Notes under the pieces: model-generated
The model's input: the letters and a program-made list of their open reading frames with translations, nothing else
Database searches by the model: none
Told to the model about the DNA's origin: nothing
Shown here: positions 1-12,165 of the stretch, one piece after another
How positions within the stretch are numbered: position 1 is the first letter of the stretch
Layout of the letters: each line of letters starts with the position of its first letter
DNA from: Moniliella sp. 'wahieum'
Taxonomy: Eukaryota
Length of the DNA: 64,000 nucleotides
NCBI GenBank assembly: GCA_003971905.1
Contig: RSEE01000038.1
Span: 1 to 64,000 of the forward strand
Reading direction: 5' to 3'
Made by a program: the position numbers and the translations under genes

Positions 1-838
1 GGCGCAGCGCTCCAAGCCCGCGAACGCAGGTTTTGCTACCCAACAGGATTGGATCGTGCCGCCGTAGTTGAGACGATCGAGGAATGACGAAGACGAAGCT
101 ATTGTCCTCTGCCCCCCGTCCCGGCCCCTGCTCTGGTTTCCGAACCCGCCACACTTCGCTTGGGAAAAGGCGGAGGGACCTAGACGATTCCGATGAGGAG
201 GAAGAGATGGTTCCTTCATACCTTCAACCCACTGGTTTCGACACGGACTCAGATGATGAGGATTTGGTGCCACGTCGTCTCCGACCCCCGCCCCCGCCGG
301 AGGAAGATGATGTGATGGTCCCCGTCCCCGCGGCGGAGGATCTGAAGAACCTGTGGAGGCGACGCAGAACCTCCCTCCTGGTTGGAGAAGCAACGCAAGG
401 CAGCGCAAGAGCGCAAGCATACCGACCTCGGCAAGCGCTCTCAATTGGCTACCATCTTTTCCGAGCAAGAACTCGAGGGGATCCAGTTGCAGTCCAAGGG
501 CAAGGCGCAAAAAGGCCCGCAAACTCGCTCGCCGTGAACGTCGGGCTAACGCGGATGGTCTGGGCGAATTGATCGAGATGGGTATGGGCCTTGCCGAGGA
601 GGAGGACCCCGAGGTACGCCGCAGGCTCAGGACAATCCAAGTTTTGCCCCGGGCGCTGGGCCCAAACCTACCTCGCCTGAGGCCATTGATACGGACGATG
701 AGGAGGTCGCTGCTCCTCGGCCCAGCCGAAGAACGCGTTTGCTCTCTTGAACGTCGAGGGGGGCAGCGATGAGGATGAGGAGGAGGAGGAAAGCAAGCCG
801 AGGCACCTGTCGCTGTTGATGAAGATGAGGAACTGTAA
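1..838 (+). CDS. 3' part of an acidic, low-complexity hypothetical protein (frameshifted)
   Basis: D/E-rich coding-like stretches across several frames (DDSDEEEE, EEEDPEVRRR), ending ...AVDEDEEL* at TAA 836-838; no domain recognised. Confidence 0.4.
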
Positions 839-1010
839 CCCGCTTGTAGGCAAGACGAGCGGACGAAACTATGGCAATATTGTCTTTGGCTAAACAATTC
901 GGGTTGCTGGGGGCACTAGAGCTCCGAGTGCAAACGCGAGTGAGATGTAACGAAGGATTCCGAACTGGTACAGGTGGTAGGTATCTCGCCAAAGACAAGG
1001 ATATATAGAA

Positions 1011-2781
1011 CTAGGAGCCCCAACCAGGCGTGGGGAGCGCGAACGATGGTCCCCGTAATCCCGATGATCGCGCCGCGGCTGTCTCGCTTCGAGTCGCGGC
1101 GAGAGCGCGTCGTGCCCTCTGGACTCGGAGCGGTAACCCGAGCCTTGGGAAGACGGTCATAGTCATACGCCGAGGGGGTGACAGCATATCGTTTGTCCGT
1201 CGCTTCTTGGCCAAATCAGGACCCAGGGAGCTGTGCTTGCGCTTGGCCGGACGCTCTTCTTTCCAGCGGGAAGGAGTATCGGACACGCTCTCCTCCAGGA
1301 CAGGCGAATCGTTTTGGACAAGCTTGTTGAAAAGGTCGCGCAACTTGCTGGGCTGGACCTGGGATAATGTCAGCGTGAATCCAAAATGAACGGAATAGGG
1401 ATAGAGACGTACCTCCGAAGGCCAAAAGTAGGATGCAAACGTCCAGAGATGACGGTCGAGCTTCTGGCGTTGAGCGCGCGACTGATTCTGGCCTTGAGCA
1501 TTGACCGATCGCTCGATCTGTTGTCCAATTGCAGCGAGGGCGAGTTTGAGGATAGGTACTGTCTGCTCACGATCCATGGGATCCAGACCGGTTCGCAGAC
1601 GTTTGAGGTGCTTGCGACACGGACGCAGTAGTTCCTTGCACTGGGCCTCGTCCATATCATCGTCATCGTTCTCCTCTTCCTCCTCTGAATCAGAGTAATC
1701 AAGCGACACGCCCCCCGGCCCGACGGAGGCACGAGCGGGGAAGCCTTCGCCCATCGAAAGATCCACCGGATCAGCAACCATGGCCTTGAGATGATCGTCG
1801 TGTTCCCGCAGAACCTTCAGCAAATAATCTGCCCTCCGTACAAGGTGGACCGAGCTGGGGATGGGCTTGATTTTGCTACCGTCATCGGCGGTCACAGCCG
1901 CTGGGGTTGGGCTGGCCTTGGGCTTGTGCTTTCCTTTCTTGGCCTCTTCGACCTTCTTGTTTTTTTCCTTCTCTTCCAATAGGAAGAATTTGCCCGCCAG
2001 CTTGAGGCCTGGATCAGCTTCGACTTGCTCCCACGAACCTAGGCCGTAGCGGTAACACCCAACAAGCAGGTGGGCGTCATCTTCGGCGGTCCAGGGAACG
2101 GACCAGTTCATGGTTGTCTTGAGCGACTTGGCCGGCACGCGCCACGCATTCTGGCCTGATTCGCTCAGTCGATCCAACGTCTCGCCCAAGACGCAGATCG
2201 TTGTGCCGAATGACCGTTGTTTCCGCATTGATCTTGTCGACCCGTGAACTTGACCAGCACCGCCTTCTGGCGCACTTTCGACACATCCTCACCGCGTGCC
2301 AGCATGGCACGAAGCTGGCGGTCGTGGGCTTGGACAGCGGCAGTGCAGATGGCAAGAAGATCGGCCGTGGTACGCATGACGACGGCCTTATTCTTGCCTT
2401 GCAGACGCGCCTCTTCGACCAGCTGGTCATAGCGGTACGCTGGGTCGCCCCACTTGTGCACGCCGCGCAAGAGGGTACGGATGTCGCGATCGTTGATCTC
2501 CATCGACTTTTCCGCTGCCGACTTGAGCTTCCGCCGGGGTACGGGGGCCGGGGGGGTTTGCTGGCGGCCGAGGGGGAGGCAGCGGGGGTATCGGCAAGAC
2601 TGGCGCTGGCGCTGGCGCTGGCACTGCGGCTGCGGCTGCGGCTGGGAGTGCGACTGTGGCTGCGGCTGCGACTGCGAGTACGGCTGGCGGTGCGGGTGCG
2701 GGTGCGGGTGCCATGGGGATCAGGCTCGGGCGAGGCAGCCGGAGACTCGGTGCGCTCCGAGTCGGACGCAAAGGCGGGCAT
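1011..2781 (-). CDS. Chd1-like C-terminal protein: SANT-SLIDE DNA-binding domain plus DUF4208/CHCT, no chromodomains or ATPase
   Basis: ATG 2781 (MPAFASDSE); SMEINDRDIRTLLRGVHKWGD; NWSVPWTAEDDAHLLVGCYRYGLGSWEQV; HLVRRADYLL; CKELLRPCRKHLKRL...RHLWTFASYFWP; in-frame intron 1359-1412; frameshifts near 2550 and 2160-2240; 3' end approximate. Confidence 0.8.
2600..2712. repeat. Coding hexamer microsatellites (GCGCTG/GCGGCT/GCGGGT) encoding SA/SR/TR dipeptide runs
   Basis: Tandem 6-mers visible in the sequence, within the N-terminus of the Chd1-like ORF. Confidence 0.8.
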
Positions 2782-3648
2782 GGTGGGGATGTGGCTGGAG
2801 GTGGTGGGGGGATGGCGGTGGCGGTGGCGGCGGGGCACGGGAGCGGGGCACGGGAGCGGTGGCACGGGAGCGGGGGCGGGGAGCGCTTGCGCGGTGCGCG
2901 TGCGTTGGATGCGGTGCCCGCAGCCGCAGCGGCCGCGTGGCCAGCCACGGGCCTGGCCTGGCCAGCGCCCCAGTCAGGCGTCGGGATGCCGGATGGGTCG
3001 ACGGGCGGAGCAAACGCAAGCGCCGACGGCGGAAATATTTTCCAGCACGCCGCGCGTGGCCTCAGCTCAGCTCAGCTCAGCCCTCAGTGCGCTCGCGCCG
3101 CCGCCTGGCCTGAGCGCGTCAGCGTTCGAGGGAACTGCACGCCCAGCGCTTGCACGCCGCGGCTGCGGTGGATGGGATGGGATTGCCATGTGATTTTGTC
3201 GGGGCGCGGCCGCGTTCAGCGCGCCAGCGCTCACCCGCCCAGCCACCGCCCACATGTCACAGCCGCACCCACACAGACCCCTCGGGCCCTCAGGCGTGCA
3301 CACGGCGCTCACCATCGCCACTGCCAACTAGCATTATGCATTCCCTCCCTGTTGCTATTCACCCGGGCGCTTTTCATCGACTGTCAGTCTCTGAGCCTCG
3401 CCCTTTTCAGCGCTCGCCTCCGAACCACGTCGAGCTCCTCCTTCAGCACTCACGCCGCCACCCCCTTCTATACACGGCGTAGTGCCTGGCGTCCGGCCAT
3501 TGGCCATCGTGCTGCCCCCGGCTCAGCCTTTTGTGCTACCTTTTGCACTTCCTGTTTCCTCTTCATGCACGTTCCCCTTCAGCTCAGCCAGGCTAGCTTG
3601 AACCTCATGCCCACCACCATCGGCCATCCATCCATCGTATTCCTCAAC

Positions 3649-4192
3649 TCAGTCTTGCGACGCACAGCCCCGGCACCCACAGTTTTGGCATTCCACCACC
3701 ACCGTCCCTGGCCGCAGCACCGCCTTTGGCACACGGCAGATGCACGTAGCGCCGTCGTAGTTGTTGTCGCGCGCCTGAATGCACCGCACACAGCACAACT
3801 TTTCGTATCCTTGCCGCTTCCACTTGGCCATCAGACTGGAAGAGCAGCCCGAACAGTGCAGCAAGCAACCTCTGTCAGTATGTACTTCCCCCCTGCGCAG
3901 CCAGCCTCAAGTCAATACTCAATACGTACTTGGCATCCGCATAGCGCTCCTTGATCAGCCAGTCGTACAGCTCTCGCGAAATCGCTTCGCGCTTGTAGTA
4001 GAGGTCGTAAATGTAGCGGGTGCGCATGTGCGCCAGCTGCAGAATGGGCCAGACCGACTCGGTACGGCGCTTGCCTTCATGCGACGCGGCCTCCGCCTCT
4101 CGCATCTTGCGCTCGTACTCGTCCAGAATGTCGGCAATCTCCTCAAACCCCTCTGGGGGAGCCTTGGTCCGGCTGGTGCGAATGGAGGGCAT
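3649..4192 (-). CDS. BUD31: Pre-mRNA splicing factor Bud31/G10
   Basis: [19 protein letters not shown]...[23 protein letters not shown]; intron 3836-3929; [18 protein letters not shown]...TCICRVPK...[14 protein letters not shown]. Confidence 0.97.
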
Positions 4193-4560
4193 GGTACAGT
4201 CACCGCTCGAACTGCGCGCAGAGCAGGGAGGCCAGGTGCGAAAAAGGCGGTAGTGGATCGGCTGCGGCAGCTGAACGAGCGTCGCGGTTGCCGTTGTCGT
4301 CTTCTCGTAGCCCTTTGGTGCTTCAAACACCAAATTCAAGGCGGAGGTGGTGGTTGCGCAGATGCAATTTCATCCATCCTCAAATGAATATTGATCACCG
4401 ATTGCCGATCATCGATCCCCCTCCTCCCCAAATTCCGCCCGCCTGAGCATACGCGTTCCACTGGCTGGGCCCCGGCGGTGCACACGCCAGCTCACGACCA
4501 ACCCTCGCCCGCCCCCATCACCCCATCTGCATCTCTATCGCCACCTCGTAACCGCAACCC

Positions 4561-5520
4561 ATGCAAACTGTGCTTGCTCCTGCCTCGGCCCCAGGCGGCT
4601 TGACTGCGGCTGGACCCAACCAGCGTGGCTTCAACCCCTACACCTCCAACGGCGGCTCCATCCTCGCTGTGGCAGGACAAGACTTTGTGTCTTGGCCGGC
4701 GACACTCGTCAGTCTGAAGGCTACAACATCCAAACCCGCTACAAGCCTCGCGTCTTTCGTCTGTACGTATCTCCCTCCCTCTCTATGATATTCTGTGCTT
4801 CTGTCTTGTCACATGTCATACTCATACGACCGCACCACCAGAAACGACCGTGCGACGTTGGCGACGAACGGGTTTGCCGCCGACGCTGAGGCGCTGGTGC
4901 AACTGGTCCGGGCTCGCTTGGAACTGTACCGCTATGCGCATGGCACATCGATGCCCTTGGCGGGCATTGCACGGATGCTGTGCACAATCCTATATGGAAA
5001 GCGCTTCTTCCCTTACTATGTATGGAATGTACTGGGTGGCCTGGATGAGGAGGGGAAGGGGGCGGTCTATTCCTTTGACCCGGTCGGCTCGTACGAACGG
5101 GAAGTGTGCCGAGCGGCAGGCGCGGCTCAAAGTCTACTCCAACCGTTCCTCGACTCGCAGGTAATGTACAAGAACCAAACTGCCACCCCAGGACGGCTGT
5201 TGCCCATCCCAGGTCACATTTCTCTCCAACATGCGATCAGCATCGCCACCGACTCCTTCACCTCGGCTACCGAGCGACACATTGAAGTTGGTGATGGCCT
5301 GGAGATCTTGTGGTGCGCAACCCCAAGGCGGAGACCACGGCAGAGACGAAGGATGAGGATGCACCGATGACAGCCGAGGATGCTTCGGTGTCGGTGCCGC
5401 CACCTGCAAATGCGCTCAACCTCCTCGCGGCTCCGTTCAATGCGGTTGAAGCGCAGGGGGGCGAGGATGAACAGCTTCCCGGTGCGACGCTGTAATTCGT
5501 AGGGAACTCAAGAGGACTAA
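4561..5520 (+). CDS. PRE7: 20S proteasome subunit beta-6 (PSMB1)
   Basis: FNPYTSNGGSILAVAG, AGDTRQSEGYNIQTRY, LYGKRFFPYYV, GKGAVYSFDPVGSYERE, SATERHIEVGDGLE, C-terminal ELKRD*; intron ~4764-4841; divergent from BUD31. Confidence 0.95.
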
Positions 5521-6806
5521 GTGTACGCGCACCAATCCAATGGCAAAGGTTCCGAATCTACAGTCAAGTGTTGGCCTAGTTTGGGGTTGGAGACCATTTG
5601 CATCATCGGATGAATCATCAATCATCTATTGGTCATGATAGCGCCATGATTCCAGCATCGCATAAACCAACACGGCCAACTTGGCCCAAGTACATCAACA
5701 GGGCGATGGGGTCTTCTGGGCTGTAGCAGTCTATAACTTGTCTACGTTTCTATCTACATCTCCCCCGACGTCTCCGAGGCTCGTTTTGTTGGGTAGATGC
5801 GTCAGGCCTTCAAGATCATTTTGTTCCCAAAATCTTCTCTTGATAGTACTAGTACATAGTCGCTGCCATCCTGCATAGCCACCGTTGCTGCACAATGCAA
5901 GGAGGGGAGGGAGGGGCTCTACTACAACTGCAGAAGATCATTGAAGGAGTTGTCCGCGTGAAGGGCGACATGATATTGAACGTTCTCGCCGCACCTGAGT
6001 ACCAGTGAGTGTCGGTGTGGACAATGTCATCGGTACATTACATCCTGGTCTGCCCACCCGCGTCCTATCCAAGAGAGTTCAAGTCGTTCAGGCACGTTCA
6101 GGCACGTTCAGGGTGTTCTACGAGGCAGTCCGAGAGCCAAACTATGTCAGCTGCTGAGGCCGTCTACTACGGGCGCACCAATGCAAGAGGCTGTCTCTTT
6201 CCCACCTTCAATATCAAGATGAAGGCCTCAATCTCGTACCCGTGGGCTTATGCTAATCTTCGTTGATCACCCTGTTGCTTGATGCGTGTTCATACTCAAC
6301 GTTTCCCTGCCCACATCGGTAAAGGTGTTTGTAGATTGAACGTGTGGACGAGATATTCGCACACGGGCAGTTTTGAAAGTGTATGGTGTGCTCCTATGAA
6401 ATTCCAGCACGCTGCGATAAGTATACGGATGAAGCTGTGATGCATACGAGAGTGGGGACAAGTGAGTACTCATGGTGTACAGACTATCAGATGCAGCATG
6501 AAACAGGCGATGGAACCTCACACAAGCGCTTCGTATATAGGTCCTTTCGGTGCCTGCCCATAAAATGCGGTTTGCCAGCTGCCTCCTTTTGCTTCTCCTA
6601 CCCTCCGCCCCCGACCAGCCCTGGCGGGGGGCTGAGGGCTGCTCTGCACGGGGGCTGTGTCTTTCTTTGACATTTCATTCTGCGCGCTGCCCGTCAGCTT
6701 CAGCTGTCAGCATGTCAGTATTCAGTCTTGCCGGCTATGTGTTTGCCACCTCTGGCCCTGCCTACCTTCATCGCCACCATCGCCACCATCGCCACCTCCC
6801 GCCCCT

Positions 6807-9790
6807 ATGCGTGCTGAGGGAATGCGTTTGGCGGCCCGCGTGGGCCTCCATCCCGCTGCTCGCAATGGTCGCGTCGGCCTGGGTGCCTTGCGCTCACCTC
6901 CCACCTCATCGCTCACCTCTGCGGCTCTCTTGGGGCAGCCGACTCGTGCGCCGCTCCTGTCCGTACGCCCACGCGCTTGGGTACCCCTTCCCCCCCCGAC
7001 TTCCCCCGCCTTACGGTACATGAGCGTGCGTGCGATCAGCTTCCGATTTGTGCCACGTATCGCATTTCGCCTCATCCGCCTTCCAGCTGCGCTCGGCATT
7101 ACAGGGGCCGGCATTTTGACCTATGCCAGTGGTAAGCTCGACGATGCGCGTGCCAGGCTGAATGAGTACTATCTCATGGCCGAGGGCCTGGCCGTTGAGG
7201 CAATTGGAACAGCTGGTGCATGGACCTCAGAGGCTCACGCTCAATTTGACACTTGGGTCAACAGTCTCGACTTTACCGCGCCCAGGAGAAACGCGACGAG
7301 TGGATTGATCGTGCCACCTCGATGCGTGAGCGAGCTCGCGACTTTTTTGCTGGCCTGGGGAGCGGAGATGAACCTGGATCGCGTCTTCTTCTGGTTCTTC
7401 TACTTCGTCCTCAGGGCCCGGGGGTAAGGGTCCCGCGGCTGCCTTGGCTGCCTCCCTCTTTGCCAAGTCTGGCTCGGACGAGCAGGCAGCCGATGAGGAG
7501 GAGGAAGCGTATGACTCGCAAGACAGCGCGGCCAGTTTGATGCACCTCACTCGCCAGCTAATTGAGGTGCGCAATATTCTCAAGACCATTGATCATACTG
7601 GCGAGGAGATCGCACTTCCCTCGATCGTTGTAATTGGCTCCCAGAGCAGCGGAAAGAGTTCGGTACTGGAGGCGATTGTTGGTCATGAGTTTTTGCCCAA
7701 GGGCTCTAACATGGTTACCCGCCGGCCCATCGAATTGACCCTGATTCACACGAAGGCAACTGGGAAGAAGGGGGACGTGGTGGAGTATGGCGAGTTCCCT
7801 GGCACGGGCCTAGGTCCGATCCGCGATTTCCGCCAGATCCAAGAGACGCTACGGGATATGAATTTGGCTGTACCCAAGGAACAAGCTGTATCCGACGTGC
7901 CCATCGAACTTCACATTCACTCGCCCCATGTGCCCGATCTGAGCATGATTGATCTGCCAGGCTACGTCCAGGTGGCTGGGATGGACCAGCCTGATGAGTT
8001 ACGGGAGAAGATCGAGAAGCTGTGTGAGCAGTACATTGCTCCCTCAACCAATAATGTGATCCTCGCTGTTTGTGCGGCGGATGTGGACTTGGCCAACTCT
8101 CCTGCCCTGCGAGCCAGCCGCAAGGTCGACCCGCTAGGCTCCGCACAATTGGTGTGATCACCAAGATGGACCTTGTCCCACCCGAAGTGGGAGCCTCGAT
8201 CCTATATGGAAACCGCTTCTCTCTTTGGGGTATGTGGGCGTGGTCGCCAAGAATCCGGTGTCCCTGATCAAGAGTCGACTGGGCCGGAGCCATAGGCGGT
8301 CGGGTTTGTCGTCCTTAACTGACTCGGTTGAGAAACAGGAGGATGACTACTTCGCCCAGAACGCAGTGGCGTTCGAGCCCCCGCTCAAGGGTCGCCACGC
8401 TGGGGTAGAACCTTTGCTGGGTACGGATGCCCTTCGGCGGAGGTTGATGACTGTGCTCGAGGAGAGCATGGGTTCGAGTTTGCAAGATGTGTCGACGGCG
8501 GTGCAGATGGAACTGGAGGAGGCGGCATACGCGTTTAAGGTGCAGTACAATGATCGCTCCATCTCCGCCGAGGCGTATGCAGCAGAGACGATTGATGCGC
8601 TCAAGCACCGTCTTCAACTGCTTGCCGATCAATTGGGCAAGCCCCAAGCTCGGGCACTGCTGAAGCACGCCTTGGACGAAAAGGTGCTGGACATTTTGGC
8701 TCAGATGTACTGGTCTGACGCCCGCACCGCCGAGCTTTGCGCTGCGGGGGAGGCCAAAATGCTCCCTGCACCCAAAACAGCTGAAGACATGGAGAAGATA
8801 GACGCAGCACTGGATCGGTACTGGAAGTACAAGCTTGACGCATCCACCTCGGCCCTGACCAAGGCAGGCATTGGCCGGCTCAGCACACAGATTGTTGTCA
8901 ATGCGATCCGCACGGAGCTGGAGCGTCTGCTCGCTTCGGAACCGTTTGCGCACCACAAATCCACTTCCGAGCGGGTTGAGGCATTGGCGGCGGCATTCTG
9001 CGTGAGCGTTTTACCCTAACGGCGGACCAGGTGGAGAATGCGATCAAGCCGCTCAAGTACGAGGTGGAGATTGAAGAGCGGGACTGGAGCACGGGGCGCA
9101 ATGATGCGACACTACTGCAGCGGGAACTGGACATGTGCACGGAAGCAGCCAAGCAACTCCGCTCCACCATCGGAAAGTCCCGTTTGAATGCGGCGGTGAG
9201 CCATGTGAAGGATCTGGATGAGCGGCAGCGGCAGCGTGCCGCCGCTCGCTGGAGGGCTATCAAAGAACGCTCGGCCCACCCGGATGCTCCCCCCACGGTG
9301 GAAGAGGACTTGGAAGCCAATGACCCTCTTCGTCCCGACTACAATGCCGCCTTGCTGGGTAAGGCCCGCGAGGCCATTTTCCTCGATGCCCGGGCCGACA
9401 TCTTGAAGAGGAGGTTGAAGGCGTTGGGCTCCAAGCGATGCAAGGCTGGACCCGGAGTACAGAGTGATGCATACTGCCCCGAGACGTTCCTCAACGTAGT
9501 AGCGGACAAGCTGACGTACACATCGGTCATGTTTATCAACATCGAACTGCTCGCGGAGTTTTTCTACCAGTTCCCGCGCGAGTTGGACACGCGCCTGGTC
9601 CAAGAGTTGAACCGTGGGGAAGTGGAGGCGTTTGCACGGGAGAACCCAGTGTGCGAGACCACCTGGATCTGCAAGGACGCAAGAGAAGCTGGAGCTGGTT
9701 CAGACCAAACTCGACACGCTCTTGAAGCTTTATCAGGGCAAGACGGCTCCGTTGCGACCGCAACCCAAGTCCAAGTGGTCCTTTTTCTAA
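6807..9790 (+). CDS. MGM1: Mitochondrial inner-membrane fusion dynamin-related GTPase
   Basis: Arg-rich presequence and hydrophobic segment; [77 protein letters not shown]; ends KWSFF*; several frameshifts. Confidence 0.95.
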
Positions 9791-10324
9791 TGCTTGCCTT
9801 ACTTGGCGACAGAGTCGGGGAACACCGATGGCGTGGTTCTCTGCACCTGCACTTGTTTCTTCGCCTGGTTTCGCCAGCGGCGCCCTCCTGTCTTTCTGTC
9901 AAGTCATCTGTTCTCTGCAAACACTTTCCCAGCCTGGGACCAACAGATAGCCATCGCGGACGCTTCCCTTTATGTCTCTGTTCTTCACACCTCTCCGATC
10001 TCACGTTTTATGCATACCATGTACATATCTACCCTGTTCCATGCTACGTGGGCCACCACTATAGACATATTCATAGAGTAGGGCAGAGACGGCTCAAAGG
10101 ACTGCGTTGTCTTCATATGTATTCCGCCGGGAGCATCCTTTTGGGGCGGGCGTGGTAGAAGGGCTAGACAGGGGATGGGGATGAGCATCCCAGGGAGTCC
10201 AGTCGCAGAAGAATGACAGGCTCAGGCGTATCGATGTCGTCCGAATAGGTGGGTGAGTCACATTAACCGGTTTTGTTACATCCCTCACCTTGTCCACCTA
10301 GAGGAGGGCCGATGGACCCGCAGT

Positions 10325-10875
10325 TTAGTGGTGCTTGTCGACCTTGTAGCCAACCAGGTTCCTCCGGCCAATCTGAACAAGAAACCCAATGTCAGTTTCT
10401 CTCAGAGCAAAAGGAAGAGGATGCGGCAACTTACAATCTCGCCCACTTTGAAGAATCCGTAGGCCTCAAGACCATACAGTGCCACCGTCTTCCACTGGCC
10501 ATTGGCGGCAATCGAGTTCCACCAGCCAATGTTGGAAGCGTTGGCGTAGAAGGTCTGGTACGCCGCCTTGATCTGAGCAAGATTGGTTGGGGGCGCCAGA
10601 GCCTGGCCTTGGTACACCTGCTTGGCCACCTCACCAGCCACCTTGGCGTAGTACCATGCTGGCTGAGCAACAGCTGGACGATCATACATGTTAGTAAGCG
10701 GGCAGGAACCGCCAGAAGACAAGACCGCACGCACCCTCTGTCTTGGCCACCACACTGAGACCGGCAGCCTTGGCCTTGGCGATGTAGGCCTCGGCGTTGT
10801 GGGGCGCGGGCGAGGAGTGGAAGGCGCGCGCCTCGACGGGACGCGGCGGGCAACCTGGCGGAGTGCAGAGAGCAT
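10325..10875 (-). CDS. ATP20: Mitochondrial ATP synthase subunit g
   Basis: YYAKVAGEVAKQVY...LAPP; YGLEAYGFFKVGEI / IGRRNLVGYKV (GxxxG); two introns; mitochondrial presequence. Confidence 0.92.
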
Positions 10876-11660
10876 GGCAAGCAGGGATGGTGGTGGGACG
10901 CCGGCGGGCCCTAGCTGCTGCTTCCGGCTGTGACAGCGAGATTGCTGGGCCTGAGAAGCCAGCCCTGGGCCCGGCAGCTGCCCCCCTGCCTTGCTGCCGC
11001 CCCGGGGGTCCAACCACTCCACCCGGCACGGCGCCAGCCGTCGTGCAACTGCCTTGCTTACAAAATGCCCCTCCCCGGTCTGACCCGCACAGCTGAGCAC
11101 CGATGCTAACCCTAGAACTCCCACACTGCCCTTGTGCGGGTCTGGCATTGGAGCAGTTCATAATTCCTACTGCCCATCCCCCCTGGCCCGGGGTCTCGCC
11201 AGCGATTGAAGCCAAGTACTGCATTCACCTTGATGCAACATACTCTGGTAACGAAAGCAAGCCGGCACAAACAAGCAGCAGGCATGTGGATGATGGAGAT
11301 GATGGAATAATCATTAATCAATGCGGTTCAGTATGTTCACCTGAGGGCCGTGGATGACAAGTGATGGCCAGCACATGGGGGCGTCGGTGCCCTACATAAA
11401 CGTTTAGCATCTTTGGGCCCCGAATGTGTTGATAATCCACATAGACGCGTTGACGAGAAAAACGAATGGGGATGCGTCCAAGGTGTACCCCTGTCGCGCT
11501 CCAGCACTTCGAATGGCTTCTGTTTTTTCTTCTCCCCCCCTGCATATATATGCCTTGATAGTTCTTCCTTCTTGCCAATGAGGAACTTGACGCTCCCGAC
11601 GCACCGCAATCGGAGACGATGGGCTGCTTGTGCTCTGTCCATGTCAGTAACCGTTGATAT

Positions 11661-11716
11661 CTCGATAATCAAGGTAATTGATTAATCGCTCGATAATCGA
11701 GGTGATCGATTAATCA
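11661..11716. repeat. Imperfect 28-bp tandem duplication containing GATAATC/GATTAATC
   Basis: ctcgataatcaaggtaattgattaatcg followed by ctcgataatcgaggtgatcgattaatca. Confidence 0.75.
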
Positions 11717-12165
11717 TTGAAGTTGATCATTTATCATCGCCACCACAGAACCAACACCGTGTGGAAGTGAAACTAGGGAGGGTGGTCAAGTTGACCAACC
11801 AGTGGTCATCATGACCGACCAGATGATCATCGACACGATTCTGATTAACGTTCACATGTTGCACGCTCACGCGTGTTTACAACATGAACGAAATCGATGA
11901 AGACTGCTGATTCTCAACAAACGGTTAACACTTTGCCGATCCTTCTTCATCCTAATCACATTCATCTTATGTGGTCGCAGCAGCTGCCAGTGAATGACAA
12001 GGATCAATTTAACAAGAGGTTACAGGGCAACATGAGGCATCAGGCCTCAGGGATGCCACAGTATTGATGTCAGGATGAATTTTTTGGTATGAGACGAGAA
12101 TGCTATAGCAGGGAAGGATATGATGGCACCCACAACCAAGTCACGGGTCAGTCATTACTTAAAAG

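Noticed and set aside
2201..3954. Long + strand ORFs (330 aa, 432 aa) with LRLRLR/AGAGAG runs
   Set aside because: Antisense shadows of the Chd1-like gene, BUD31 and GC-rich microsatellites; no domain signal.
5650..6550. Possible minus-strand coding remnant between PRE7 and MGM1
   Set aside because: Only short interrupted frames with no recognisable motif.
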